DNA of 62,859 bases, the filler included, from Choristocarpus tenellus KU-1152 (Eukaryota > Protista > Phaeophyceae), in the NCBI GenBank assembly GCA_964200185.2. It is 8 parts of 8 records of this genome, joined end to end, with 100 filler letters (N's around TTAATTAATTAA, not from the genome) between each part and the next. Parts side by side here need not be neighbours in the genome. Positions count along the whole stretch, not along the records: positions 21,900 to 33,964 come from CAXNAD020002002.1; positions 34,065 to 38,202 come from CAXNAD020016028.1; positions 38,303 to 47,060 come from CAXNAD020004359.1; 5 more parts are not named here. One strand, 5' to 3'. Below are positions 26,422-39,763 of the stretch, piece after piece. Under the pieces are notes generated by a model that was not told where the DNA came from, did no database searches, and saw only the letters and a program-made list of their open reading frames with translations. Position 1 is the first letter of the stretch; every line of letters begins with the position of its first letter. The position numbers were made by a program, and so were the translations under genes.

Positions 26422-27472
26422 ATGGTACGAGAGGACACGCTCTCTGTTAAAGACAGGGTAGGGTTTGCAATTGAGGAGAGAAGGAACATGGTTTTGAGGT
26501 CGGAGGACTCAAGATTAAGAAGGAGCTCAGGAGGGGAAGAACCATTGGTAAACAAGAAGAACTCGCGGCTACTGCGCAAGTCGGTAAGTGACATGTTGAC
26601 ATTACAATGAGTGTAGTGTTGCCTCCAGTCTTGCCCAATTGTGCACCGTCATTTTTCGTTGCCAACGTTCTGTTTCTGAGCCAAATGCCCTTATTCCTCC
26701 GGATATGTGGCAGTGCGAATCCTGCGCGCAAGCAAAACGCAAATGCAACGGCAAGGCTATCTGCTCCAGATGTCTTAAGCACGGGAAGGTCTGTCGATAC
26801 AAAGAGCGTAAGAAGAGTGGTCCCAAGAGCCCACTGGCAATAACATCAGGCTCTACCTCGTCGAAGACCACCGCTGTTTCTCCCAGTAGTAACGGGCAAC
26901 CCGGTTGCGCGTTGTTTGTCTCTGAGTCCTGCTCAACAAGGGCGAGTTTGTCGTCAACGATGGGGAACCACACATGTTCTCTTCCAGTTGATGGGTTGGG
27001 GGTGGAAAGTGGACCACATGAGGAGAATGGCGATGAAAGCGTCAGGGAAAAGGATCAGGAGGGGAGTACTAACGGATTTAGCGACGACGAGCCCAAAGGT
27101 GAGGTGCAGGAGGTGGACACAGCGAGGTACTTGACTCGTGACTCTCACATGTCGTCTTCTGTGTATCTTTGCGAATCTGACACAACAGCAGACAGTGTGA
27201 GTGTGAGTATCGAGTCAGAGTCAGAGGAGGAGATAGAGCTAGTGGACAGAGGAAGTATGCTGAGGCAGGTTGATAACCTGGACGAAACCTGCACCATGCC
27301 TGAAGAAGATGAGTCAGTGAAATTTACCTCAATCAGTCGGGCTGGGAGAATCTCGTTGTGGGGCATTCCTATCCCGTCGAGGAATGGCACCCGTGCACTT
27401 GTGGAGACAGTCGATCTTCTTGATTGGGATGCTCTGTGGCTTAGAGGTGACCCAACTTTGACCTTATTTTGA
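26422..27472 (+). CDS. Zn(II)2Cys6 (GAL4-type) transcription factor, join(26422..26583,26714..27472), about 306 aa
   Basis: A phase-0 GTAAGT...GGCAG intron joins LLRKS to CESCAQAKRKCNGKAICSRCLKHGKVCRY, i.e. C-X2-C-X6-C-X5-C-X2-C-X6-C, followed by KERKKSGPK and an acidic region. Confidence 0.9.
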
Positions 27473-29868
27473 ACATTAGAGTGGGGGCAAATGCTTTACA
27501 ATATAGTGGCTAAGGCTAGTGCCTTGTACCGTCTTACCAACAGCCACTACGCGCTCCTAGAGGAAGTAGGGGTAGTGTTGCTTTGAAGTTACAATTCTAT
27601 GTTTAATCAAAGCCGACTTTTCTTCTCTTACTGAGTTGTGGTTCATTTTGTGCTTCACTTGGCGGCCCTAGGTTATCCAAATACTGGTGCGTATTGTGAT
27701 GTAGGATTAAGGTACAATGGTGACGTATTTTGATCATAGTGCTAGGTAAAATAATATGCATTTAGGCATGTGTTCCATCTTGTCGCGAGCTAAGTATTCA
27801 CACGTAGAACTATATGAGTCAAGTGCGCAAAGAAGGGATGGGGCGCATCAGATGTGTTATGGTGTGTACACCTGTCCCTTAATGTAGCAAAGAACCCAGA
27901 AAGTAAGAGGTGCTGATGGGATAGGCAAAGACTGAGTCCACCCCCACCCCTACCATCCCACCTCTCCACGAAAGCAATTCTTTCTGGTGTACACAATAGT
28001 GAGGTAGGTATAGTACGTAGGTATTAAATCCCTGTGTAGGAAAAACAATATATATATATATTCTACAAGAATACTATTTGTGTGTGTAGGACCAGCCAAG
28101 ACTTGTTGTGGGGATATATAGGTGAAAGTGGTGTGGTATTTGCCCACCCCCCTAGGTGTGTGGTTGTTGTGACAAGATGGGCATATGTGTATTGTTGTGC
28201 TTGTGCTGTGTACTGTTTATTGTTAGGGATGGTTTGATTGAGTAATTTTTTCATAATAAACAAGTGACACCCTCTCCCCCCCTCCCCCAGCTTGACTAGT
28301 GTGTGTGTGTGAGGGGTGAGGGTAAGATACTGCATGTGCTGATATTCTTCGTGAACAGTATAAACGTTGGTTTTCTTTGAGGCTTTTTCGTTCAGGGTAT
28401 GGTTTGGGTACTATTAGTTTATGTACTCAGATTGTGTGTGTGGGCCCAGTTGATTGAAGTCATTTTTTTTTTTTTTTTTTGCCTCTTTCTCTTGTCCTTT
28501 GCCCACAAGACAGGCGAGAGTCTTTGAGAAAGTCATGCAAGCACCCACTTGAATGCTGTTCACGAAATCTATTGTTTTTTGTGAGTGGCTTAAAATAGGC
28601 AAGAATATGTGGTGAGAGCAATACAATGTAGCATTGATCGGTCAATTTCCCCTCCCCCTCCTCACTGGAAAGAGGAAGGGGCTTACTCCACTGTCGAAGT
28701 TTTGTTGTTGAAGGTTAAAGAGTGTCTGCTGCTATTATTGCTTGCTCTGTGTCAAGTATCGTTGCATGTTGTACTCTTACTGTAGCGTTGGTGGCAGATG
28801 CTATTTTTGTCACTTACATCTAGGAGAACAAACACTTGTTGTGAAATATATAGTGTACCTGATGAAGGGAACTCTCTTGTGACTGACCTTGGTCTCCTGC
28901 AGGCATTTTATTGCTTCTTAGAAGATGTGAACAGTGTTATAGTGAGTCCGGATTTCCATTCCCAATTACTTAGCAAATCCTGGGTCTGTTTGCAGGTTGT
29001 TGTCATGGGTCCCGTGTAGTGTCACTTTGCCATGTGTTCCAGAAACACAAACTATTGATCATTTGGATCAAATAGTGTATACATAGAGTGCATCAAAGCA
29101 TTTTGCTACACTTACCATGTGTGTCAGTCACTGTAATCAAGAAGGGTAATCCCTTTCAACAGGTTTGTCATCTTTGTGGAGACTTTTCATCCACAATGAG
29201 GTAAAACTGCTTCTCCTCAGTGTTCATTTTCACATTAGAAGTACTTCAAGAGCACGAGGCTTGCTTCTGCAAGATGAGTTGTTATTGTCTGATCTGCACA
29301 CCGTGTGTTGGAACTGAGCAAGTCTCTGGCATTTTTAACCACAACCATCTCCCTCTCCTCAAAATTCTCCTTGATCCTGTCACCTGCTAGGTGTGTTGTT
29401 TGGAAGCTTGATTCTGTCTTATCTTCCTTCTGTACCAGAACCACAACATAGATATCTTTGTAGGTTTCTTTTGCCTTGGAAGTGAAAGTCGTTTCTCATT
29501 GCAGAGACAATCTTCCCAACCTTCTTGTAGAGCATGAATGCAACTCAGCTATGTCTCGTTTTTTGTGGAGATAAGAGATATGGAAGGCACATGCGCGTTA
29601 TTTGTATCACTTGAGTACACAGATACACCTGTACGTAATACAAACACCATCACTTATAGAATAGACAAGACATACATCCATGAAAAAAAAATCATGTTCA
29701 TTGTAGTTAATGATGAATCTGGATTGGCATGTACTCTCTAGAACTAGTATCACAAGTAATGATTGCCTATTAGATTGGATCAGCTACTGTATGTATGAAA
29801 AACCTCTCTCTTCTGACCCGTGTGAGGGTTGTGCATGACGGATTGCTGGCATTGAAATTTCCAATAGA

Positions 29869-30120
29869 GAGTGAAAGTATCGAGTTTTGCCCTGTTTGTC
29901 CGTTTGGGGCTTGGCTTCCGAAGGTTTTTTTTTATGACATTTTAACCTACTTCAAAATATTTCGGAGTAGGTAAAATGTCATAAAAAAAGAAAAGGTGTG
30001 TCTGGAACAAGGATAATTGACACTTTTTAACAAGCATGATAGCCAAAATTACATCAAAATCGCAACATCGGATTTTGGGCGTCAAACGACGTCGCTCTAT
30101 CCTCTAAGATACTTTGAGTC
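29869..30120 (+). mobile_element. MITE family B (about 250-260 bp, TIR related to family A), TSD AGA; second copy 43658-43918
   Basis: AGA|GAGTGAAAGTATC...GATACTTTGAGTC|AGA. Internal palindrome TTTTATGACATTTT..CCTAC...GTAGG..AAAATGTCATAAAA. The interrupted host sequence has an uninterrupted homologue at about 22430-22570. Confidence 0.88.
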
Positions 30121-31685
30121 AGAACCTACTCTCCATGAGGAGCCTGATGCTGAACACCCTCACTCTGATTAACCTGTGGGGATATATCGTTTTATTTTGC
30201 ATAGCGAGTGTGCATACTGTCGTTTTTGTTCTGAATGGTATCAATAGGAATTCGGTGTGCTTGTGTCACTGGCTGCAACCTAAATTATTTCATTAAAACA
30301 TTGAACCCAACCAACTGAGAGGTAGGCAGGATGCATTTTAGGAATCCCGAGATAGGGCAACAAAAGGCCATTTTGTGTCATTGGAGAAAGAGTGTTTGCT
30401 GAGTTTTGGCGTCACTTTGTGCGTGGAAATGGAGAGTATCAATTTTACGCCACGATTGTGCAAATAAAGCAATGAAATAGAGTTTATTCCACAGGGTAAG
30501 AAATATGGCTTAGAATGCAAGAGGGTCCAAACCTGCCTACCTCCCAATTGGTTTGGCTCACTACTGGATTTCTAAGAGACCGACAATTTACTTGGGGACA
30601 CACCAGTAGCACCAGTCAAGGAGACTGCAGCAAAAAGTTGGGGTAATATGACTCTTGTCATCTTGAGTGCGCTGACAGCAAAAACCTACATAGGGGAAGG
30701 AAAGACATGCTCTAAACATACATACATAGTACATACATACATATATACATACATACATACATACATACCAGGTGTACGTTCTTGTTGACAACAAATTCTG
30801 TGTTTGGGACAAGAAACAGGGGGGAGGTGGAAAATGTATACGATTTATTGAGGGCACCTTGGACTGCTGTTGACACTATATACCTCTTTTTTGGACCATT
30901 CCATACATATCTACTTTTGTAAAACTGTTGCTATTGTATTCAACGAAATTCATGCCATAGCAACATGTTACTACAGCTGTGCTGGAGGATTCCAACGAGC
31001 TTCAGCCCAAGGGCTCCAGTTCAAGTTGTAGAGTAAACATGGCAGTTCATATGATATGTCTACTACACGGGTATGTAGTCATAGAATCATCGCTGGGTGA
31101 ATGAGAAGAGAAATAGGTGGGTGTTTTAACAGTGAAACAATTTTGGTGAACCAGCGACTGCCAGGAGTCAACCAATCACTAAAAGAGCTACAGCGTTCCA
31201 ATTCGAAATGAAGGTGACATCCTTGTTCCTGATAATGCAATGTCCAAAATTGCTACCAGTTCAACTATTGTGTATACCCCTTTTGAGGATGTGCTCCTCC
31301 TCTGCAACCAGAGTTGCCAAACCTGTCACATACTAGTTCCCATGTTGAGTTCTATAATGATGATGTGGTACTGCTAATCACTCAAATGTTCTTGGGTTTA
31401 TTCTGTGCCCTACGCGCCCAAAACACCAACAACAGCCGCAAGGCAGACCTTGTATCGTATTTAAAAAAAAAACATATATTTAAAGCTAAAAAAAACTTAT
31501 TTAGGAGGGATATTGTTTTAGTGGTGTCTAGATCATGAGGAGGAGGTGGGGAGGAAGACAAAAGAGAGGATCGAATTTGACAATCCTTCAACTAGTCATC
31601 CTTGCCCTTCTCAATATCTCATGTTGCTAAATTGTCTACTCTACTCCAGTGATCCCCTACTACCTGCATTGAGCCAAGGCTCGGT

Positions 31686-33662
31686 TCAAAGTCCTTGCCC
31701 TTCAAGCTCTCCAATCCGGCTGACCACGTCATCCAACCTAGAATGAACAAGTTGCACTTCTCTGAGCAGAAGGTCTAGCTTCATGTGTGACCCCTTCACA
31801 GGGGAGGCGACCGTCCCTGCCCTTCCCTTGTCGGTTGCACTCCTCCCTTCATCCCCCCTGCGACTAGGACTCCGTGAAATGGCATGGATTCTTTCCTCCG
31901 TCGACCAGTCCTCCCCCTGGCTCTTCCACCCAGTAAAGTCTCCCTTGCTGATATGGCTTTGTTTGTGCTGTTGGGACATGGGAGATGACGACCCCTGCTG
32001 CAATTTCAACTCTAACACCCCGAGTGACTCTGCACTATCTACAGGATGGGCTCCATCTTCCCTGACCTTCTCCAGGGGAGGGCGTGGTGGGGTAGAGTTT
32101 TGGTTGTTTGGGCATCTAGTGGTGGGAATGCCCAGGATGACCTTTGTAGGGCTGTCTGCTAATATCTGCTTCCATGCCTCTTGACTAGGGACCAAGACAA
32201 ACACCTTGACAGCAAAGGAGTTGGGCATGGTGAAATTGGAGGTATATGAATCAAGTTAGAAAGTGGTTGCTGATCTTGTGGTGTGAATTTTTTGATGAAC
32301 ATATGTGGTTCTATGAAATGATCACTTCACTGCTCTCATTGGTGATCTCTTCTGTACCTCTATGCTCTCCTGTCCTCTTCACCGAGCCCATCTTCCAAGT
32401 GTGTATGACTGATTACCTGCCCCTTACTGTATGCTCAACGCGATAACCCAGACCTCCTTGATCAATCTCATGGCAAAATCGTCGGAGGTGGTCATGAAGG
32501 GTTGCACACATGGAACACTCAGTTGGACTCTGCCATAAAAAAGTGATGTGCTTGATGAAAAAGACTCTCTCCCACCTTGTCTGTAGGCATGACCTTTTGT
32601 CCAGGTTCGGGGCAAGTGTGAACAAACGTTGGGGAATCTTCCCATTCTCCCATTCCCCCCTGCAGCCCACCAATGGCAGAGCCAGAGGTGTCACCAAGAG
32701 CAGTGGGGAGCTTACGTGTCCCGGTTTGGATTTTGGGTGCAAGCTTCTTGCAACGGACCAGTCCGAAGCAGAGAGCATCATACCCTTGCAGCATGAAGCG
32801 CATTAGCTCCTGTTTTGGTGACGGTTGGAGGGGGTTGGCATTGTGTGTGTTCCCCATTGTTTGGGAGTGATGGTACATATTCTTGGATGCGACAGAGGAG
32901 GTATATACAAAATCCCAACATTAATTGGGTGTAGAAAAGGAACCCTCCTCTAAGATAGGAAGGCTTTTTACAATCTACCCGGTACACTTCCAGCTGCGGA
33001 AATAATCAAGAATACAAACGATAGTGGCTCAAGAACACATACAAGAATGGCTAACACATCGACACGTTTGACTACACAAAACATCTTCACTCGATCAGAT
33101 TGATTAACCAAAGATTCGACCTGATTAATCAAACATTTGGCGCAGTATATACTAAACCTGTGACCTCAGCCGTTCATTTCAAAATACAATTTTCCACACA
33201 AAAGGTATGTACACACACTTGTGACTAATATCACTCACGGAACTCACCAATGGTGTCTTGTTCAAAACCACTACAATATCGATCCTTCAGTTTCAATCTT
33301 CCCTACCGCCTCATTTCACACCCATTGCTTCCCCCAACAACAAAGGGGTATACCCTTCTCTTGGTCATGGCCTGACTCAGGTGTACTACTCGAGGATTGA
33401 AATAATACTACAAGGTGGAAGTGAAGGAATCTGACTTAGTGATTCTTGGGCTACCTATTTCTAGTTTTGAATTAAAGTTAATGTAGGGGTCAATTGTATC
33501 TGGGAGAAGGGTATGTCTGTGCAAGAAACTGTTGACGGCATGTGGGATATTAACCTGTATATCCAGCAATCAGATTTTGTACTGTTGAGTTGTCCCACTG
33601 ACCCTTCGTTGGTTCGTCTGCAGATATTGAGGATTTGCCGCATTATTGTGGACCAGGCCTGT
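31686..33662 (-). CDS. 3' exons of a Slo/BK-like (RCK-domain) potassium channel
   Basis: Exons 33662-33555 (STIMRQILNIC...DCWIYR), 32784-32576 (YDALCFGLVR...PTFVHTCPEPGQKVMPTDK) and 32204-31686 (VFVLVPS...coiled-coil tail). LCFGxxR...FVxTxP....V.PTDxVFVL resembles the end of RCK2 in Slo channels. The pore region is not in this segment. Confidence 0.6.
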
Positions 33663-34064
33663 CTAGAATACACCACCGGATAATTTGCTACCTACCAACT
33701 TAGTGTGCGATTGGTCGCGAAAAAGGGACAGAATATGTTTTTTTTTAATAAAAACATTAAAAAGAAAAAATAATAAAAAACAAGACAAATACAATAGGCT
33801 GTGCTTTTAGTAGGGTTCAACAATAGACTTTTCAGAACAATAAATTCCCTCTAGTTCCTTCCGCAAGAGGCTCAAAGTATCTGGGGGTGAGGGTGGCAGC
33901 CGTCCATTCGGGGTCCATTTTTCCATGTCGAGATTTTTGGATGATTTGGATTGCATGTTTCGGANNNNNNNNNNNNNNNNNNNNNNNNNNNNNNNNNNNN
34001 NNNNNNNNTTAATTAATTAANNNNNNNNNNNNNNNNNNNNNNNNNNNNNNNNNNNNNNNNNNNN

Positions 34065-34215
34065 ACTCGATTCCACGATTGATTTCCCAGGAATGCCACG
34101 ATTAATCAGTCGCTTCGACGATTGATTTCCCAGCTAACCACGATTAATTACTCGATTTCCACGATTGATTTCCCACGAATGCCACGATTGTTAGTCGATT
34201 CGATGATTGATTTGC
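34065..34215. repeat. About 42-bp tandem repeat, about 3.5 copies, at a segment start
   Basis: CGATTGATTTCCCA...CCACGATT units. Confidence 0.8.
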
Positions 34216-34556
34216 CGTTTTTGTACCACATCAATTATGTACCGCTTTTTTCGGACAGGCCTATGGGTGAACAAAATCAGACCACCTACTATATATAGAA
34301 AGAAACCCCTTCGTCAAGTAGTGAAAAAAAATGCAAGTTTCCTCGATATAAGAGAGAATTGGGAGGAAAACGCCGAAACCTCTCTTATATTCTGAAAAGT
34401 TGTGACAAGGCAATTTACCTTCTCTTATATCCCGTTTTCTCTAATATCGACCGCTCTTACATAGGTAAACCTACTATAATCATAAAAAATTACTAGTATT
34501 GATACTGTAGAATAATTCGAAGTGTTCGATTCCCTCCACCAATACATCACTCAAAG

Positions 34557-37376
34557 ACATCCAGGACAAGTTGTTCTCGCTCTCTCTGGATCTTTCCATA
34601 GGGTGGGCAAGGGGGTGTGGAGGAGATCTGATGGGGAGGTTTGCCGAGGTACTACATCCAAACATTTACTTGCTTGCCAGATCCTTGAATTGTCCGCTTG
34701 CACTAAACACTCCTCTCAGCGTCGAATGCGTGTTCTTGTCTGTTAGTTCAACCGTGTACTCGGTAGTAGTGAGCCTTTCTCGCCTAGGCGCCATGTTTCC
34801 CTTATGAAATTCATCTCTTCTTACTTGACTTTCTCTCAAGTCCTTCCCAGTCGTTTAGGTGTACGACGTGAGGTGAACAGTAGGATTTCATTTCTTACCT
34901 GCAAGCCTCGACTGACTAAAATTTCTCACCCTGTTCAGACATAACTTGGTATCCCAGGCATATGGAACAGCCTCGTGCTTGCGGACTTGGACTATCTTTT
35001 CTGAGGTTGCCTGGACCAAAAAAAAATCTAAATATCGCGCACACACCCACTTCTGCTAGCCCGTCGTGGGCATTGGTTGTAACATTTCAATGTTTCTCTC
35101 ATGATCCCCGTTAGGAGACTCACACCGACCTGAGAGAGTGGTATGTGCACTGCCTGAACTTCCTGGCTTTGAAACGGCGACTCGTAGACGACCCTCCTGA
35201 CCCATGGGACGACCATCCGTCTATGGCCGACTCGCCAGACGGGGCAAGCATCGCTGTCGAGACAGTGCGAGGAGAGGGTGCTGAGGGAGGGAAGGGCGTG
35301 GGGTCGATGTCGAAGAATGCGGAGGGGGAGCGAGTGCTGGGCAGCAAACGAGAGTCTCACCATGCATTTAGGGACCCAGCCAGTCGGGTGTTTGTATTTG
35401 AGCTCAGTCAGGTAGGCTCCATCTCCGATATTTCGCATCATGTTTTGGCTCTTTAGGCGAATGGAAAACCTAAGGTCCACCAATGTACATCTGAGTCGTT
35501 TTTACTCACCGTGTGTGCGGAAGAGGTTAGTTTTGAGATCTACAGGAGTGTGTGCAAGGAGAATTATCTTGCGCAGTCGCACTGCTGATTTTATAGGAAG
35601 TAGTGTGTGTTCCTCATACCACAAATCATTAAGGCTTCGGGATGGTCGGAACCGTGGTGCCCTTCCTATGGAGTTGTACCGTGCTATTTTAGACCGGAAA
35701 GTCATCATACTTCCTGATGCTAGATTAATCTGTTCCCCATTCTGGTACAATGCCCCGTAGTATTTAAATCTGCCAGGAACATATTGCACTTACGGTCTCT
35801 TATCAAGCAGAATCTTGCTGGCGAGATTCAATGTTGAAGGATAGACCGGAACCTCAAGAATTCACATCATTGTTTTGGATAGAAATTTGTACAATACAAT
35901 ATGGAACACATTTAGAGTGAAAATTGTGCCACTGAGTGACTCCATAGAGAGTCTCTTACATGCGGAACTAACAAATGGACAAATTCAGAGGGACTCTGTT
36001 AAGAAATATGAACGTAGATTAGGGCAACAACTGTGTGGTGCAAATATTCTCACTTATAAAGTACAAGTCTTTCCAACTGATCCCTGAATCCCGCAAACTC
36101 AAGATAGACTCCCCACCCTCATTCACTATTGGTTCCACCTTTCTTCCTACCCCTCTGTAGGAGCTGGATCGACTCTGGACCTTCTACTCCTCTCAGAGTG
36201 TGCACTGCTCGGACTGGTTATCTTCCTTGCAAGATGAGACTGGGTCCCAACGCCATCAACTCAACCGTAAGCTGCAGACTTTCACCACCCAAGGAACTCC
36301 TGTGGATATCCATGTCCCTTGGTCCAATGATACCAGGAATCTTGGAAACAGCCAGCACAAGGAGGGCACAGGGGAGGCAGATGGTGATAGCAGCAGTGGT
36401 GCTGGTGGCATGTTTGGTGTAGGGATACGAGGGGGAGGGGGTGACTCACTAATTTCATTTGACACTGAGCCAATCCGAGGGAGGTCAAGGGTGACTGATC
36501 AATTGATAGTGGATGAGGTAGGTAGGAGTGCATAACTGCATTATGTGCTTGATCCTTTTTGCTGCCTACATCGATAATTGTAACTACAGGATAACATTTA
36601 GGGCTGCTAGAGAGAGATACTTCTGTTTGTGCAAGTGTATGTGAATGTATATATGTGCTCGCCACTCCAGTTTCAAACCTGTGCTGTCGATTGAACAACA
36701 ATGCTCTCTGAGTCCCCTACTGATGATGAAAGGGAGAGATAACAATTACCGTCTTGTATCACTGTTCATTGTGGTAATCAACATTGACTCTATGTGACTG
36801 TGACCTCTCTGTAGAACTGTTCAGTGCCAGTCACTTGAGGTGATGATGAGTGAAGATCGCTGAGACTCAACAGAACTACCCTCTGCTCCACCCCATTCAT
36901 CTACTGAATCCCTTTCTCACTACAGACAGACCTACGACTTGTGCATATCCTCATCACCATATATCCCCTCTTTTCCCACCTATCGCCCCCTTCTCCCTGT
37001 GGGCTTGCCCAAGGGCAATGGTGGAGGTGTCCTACATAGCTCTTCATCAGAGGGATCGCTGGACATCACTGTTCTGGGCACAAGGAGTGAACGCCATAGG
37101 CCACGAAGCCGAAGTGGCCGCAAGTCTTCTACAGGGGTGACATCAAGGGTCATGGAAAGCCCACCGCAATGGCGAGCAGTGGTTGCAGGTGGAGCAGGAG
37201 AGGTTGAGGAAAGGGGGGAGGGAGAGCTTGAGGCACAGAGGGAGTCAGGAGTGAAGGGGAGTGGGACAGGGGGGAGAGCATTGCCACGGGTGACTGAGGA
37301 TCCCTATGTGAAGGCTGGCATGAAGAGGGGCATTGTGGGCTTGTACAACAAATGCAATCGGTTGCTGTCGTTCAAG
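34557..37376 (+). CDS. SPX-domain protein (Syg1/Pho81/XPR1 type), N-terminal exons; partial
   Basis: In-phase exons 35115-35411 (DLREWYVHCLNFLALKRRL...RVFVFELSQ), 36161-36517 (ELDRLWTFYSSQ) and 36930-37376 (MKRGIVGLYNKCNRLLSFK) reproduce the three SPX blocks (EW...L.Y..LKK.L; F..EL..EL.K...FY; LK......Y.....L.SF) with long inserts. Two small upstream exons are tentative. Confidence 0.7.
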
Positions 37377-38354
37377 GTGTTTAGATCTTGACTGTGATGT
37401 AGTCTGTGCACCATATGTGTGAATAATTGTTTGTGGTGCCTGGAGGGAAGGGCACTGTGGGGGTAGGGGCTGGGGTAAGGGAAGTGAAAGGGTGAGAAGA
37501 GGAACCACAGGTTTGAAAAGGTTAGAAGGTGCTCTCTTTTGTACATTACAGAGTGTACGCTTCGTGCAATATTGTTGATAACAATTGTGCAATATTGTTG
37601 ATAACAATTGTGCCACCTCTGACGGAACCTATTTAGTAGGGATTTTGCTTCTAGGCTGGACGGTGATGAATTTTTTTGTTTGTTTTTGTGTTGTGTTGTG
37701 GTGTTGTGTTGTGTGTGGATGGAGTAGGGGTTAGGGATCCGTGCCCTATGTTGCAGTGCAGTGTCTTGTTAGTTTTTTGAGTCTTCGTTTGAGTCTGAAG
37801 GCTCAGGAGAAATTCAAGTTCAAAATGATCGCGGTGTTCACTATGCATGAGTCGTATTCAAAAGATCAGCACCTGGAATACCAGAAATTTCTTTATGGAG
37901 CAGAACCTGGGAATTTTGAAAAGTAGTTGGACTTTTGCCCCCAAGCCTTCCAGCAATTTCATCCCATAGATAGGTAGACAACATTCAAGGAGAGCACACC
38001 TGTGAGATATGTACGGTTTGTGGCTCAAAGTATCTGGGGGGGGGGTGGTGACTGTCCATTCAGGGTGCATCCTTCCATCTCGCATTTTTTGGGTGATTTG
38101 GTTGTGTGTGTCGGATGGGTAATGTAAGTGCACTTCTTCTGGTCAGGGCTGAATGGACACCCTTGTGTAGCCCCCCCAACCCCCCCCCCCCCCCCCCCCC
38201 CCNNNNNNNNNNNNNNNNNNNNNNNNNNNNNNNNNNNNNNNNNNNNTTAATTAATTAANNNNNNNNNNNNNNNNNNNNNNNNNNNNNNNNNNNNNNNNNN
38301 NNGTGTAACAAACGTTTGCACTTCGTTGAAATATAAGAAGAAATACTCACTCTA

Positions 38355-39763
38355 TTCGCCTGTAACACATCCTGACTCCAACCACGGAAATTTTTCCTTG
38401 ATTGCTGGCAACAGCTGTTCAGTGCACTACTCCTGGTACCGCTCAGCGTCAACAGTGACGTCGACCTCATATTCCTTGCCCTTTGTGCGCCACTCTGTAG
38501 TCCTTTGCACCTCCTTCATAAAGCAAACCCACCAGATCCCGACCTTGCTGTCGAAATCACGGGAAAACAGCAGATTTCAAAAATTGAGGATGGAGCTTTT
38601 CATTGAGGATGGGCAATACAAAAAAAAAACATATCGATACTTTCTCCCAGTCAATTTTGGGTCAAGCCCATCATCCTCAATGAAAAGCTCCATCATCAAT
38701 TTTTGAAATCTGCTGTTGGAAGGATCCGGGAAAAAAATGGCAGTGATAAACATCACTTTGGGAATGTGCCTCCTTTGCTGCACCTTTGTTGACCCCACCT
38801 TCTCCTCTCCCAGGAACACGTGCACCTCCTCTCTATATCCCGGATTAGGTAGAACCATGCCTTGTCAATAAGAATCATGTTGAGGCCAGTCCTGTAGGCT
38901 TTGCGAGTGCAGGAGATCTACTCAAGGATGAAGTCCACCCAGTCCTTTGTGTGAGAAAAGGAAGGCTAGGGGCAATGCACCACTGACCCCTCTTGGCCCG
39001 ATGGCATGGAGCCAGCGCTAAAGCTTTGAGCTGCTGACTGTGAGGCCCGCTTCGGTGAGCTTGGCAAAAAATTGTTTGAGAGTCAGTGTGCGATTACAGG
39101 CGTTGATTTCCTGGATCCTCCCTTGTTTTGTTGGCGTAAAGTCCAACGGCCGGCCACATCGTACTTTTGATTTCAGAGAGACGATATTCACACTATCTAG
39201 CCGTGCTTTGACGCGCGCCCACAACAGTCTAGGTTATCTATCTCCCACTCCAAACTCTTCGTCCAATTGAGACCCCACGCTGCTCGGGAAACTCTTGCTA
39301 CCTGGAGAAAGAGCCAATGCGTAATGCAGAGCAACTGCAGTCAACCTTCCTCTGTCAGCTTGCAGTTCTTTCCACGAGCCGGTGGGCTTTGTGCCAGGGA
39401 CGAAGACTCTGGGGACTCGCCATGGGGGTTATACGCGTGCTGTATGCTAGTAGCCAGGCTCTGTGTTCCCTTGCTGTTGATGCAGAGGGCTGTCGAAGAG
39501 GTATGCACTCAAGTGCGTATCGACAGGGTTGTGAGAGTGGTGGACGGCTCTGTGCTGCACCAGGACCATAAAAAATGAGCCTAACATTCCCCATTATGTG
39601 TTCCATTATTTCGGAACCATTTCAGAACGGAGTTCTTTGCATAATTCTTTAATTTTTGAGTTAAAGTAGAATATCCCAAGGAATCCAACGCAAAATCCGT
39701 TTTGTAATCGGAGGTCATCTCGAAGTGCTACAACTTAATGGCACAGTCTTACGGGACAGGGAG
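38355..39763 (-). mobile_element. Decayed plant-type (DD39D-like) mariner, copy 1, 3'-truncated
   Basis: End TA|CTCCCTGTCCC on the minus strand; transposase remnants GRPLDFTPTK, IDKAWFYL, VQQRRHIPKVMFITA, PAIKEKFPWL. Confidence 0.88.
38566..38717. mobile_element. 152-bp fold-back MITE with about 45-bp TIRs and 4-bp TSD GGAA, nested in the mariner transposase
   Basis: GGAA|AACAGCAGATTTCAAAAATTGA...TCAATTTTTGAAATCTGCTGTT|GGAA. The empty site GGATCCTTCCCATGATTTC is visible in mariner copy 2 (about 48813-48831). Confidence 0.9.

Noticed and set aside
34340-34478. Repeated CTCTTATAT motifs suggesting a pogo-type MITE
   Set aside because: No convincing TIR pair or TSD could be defined.
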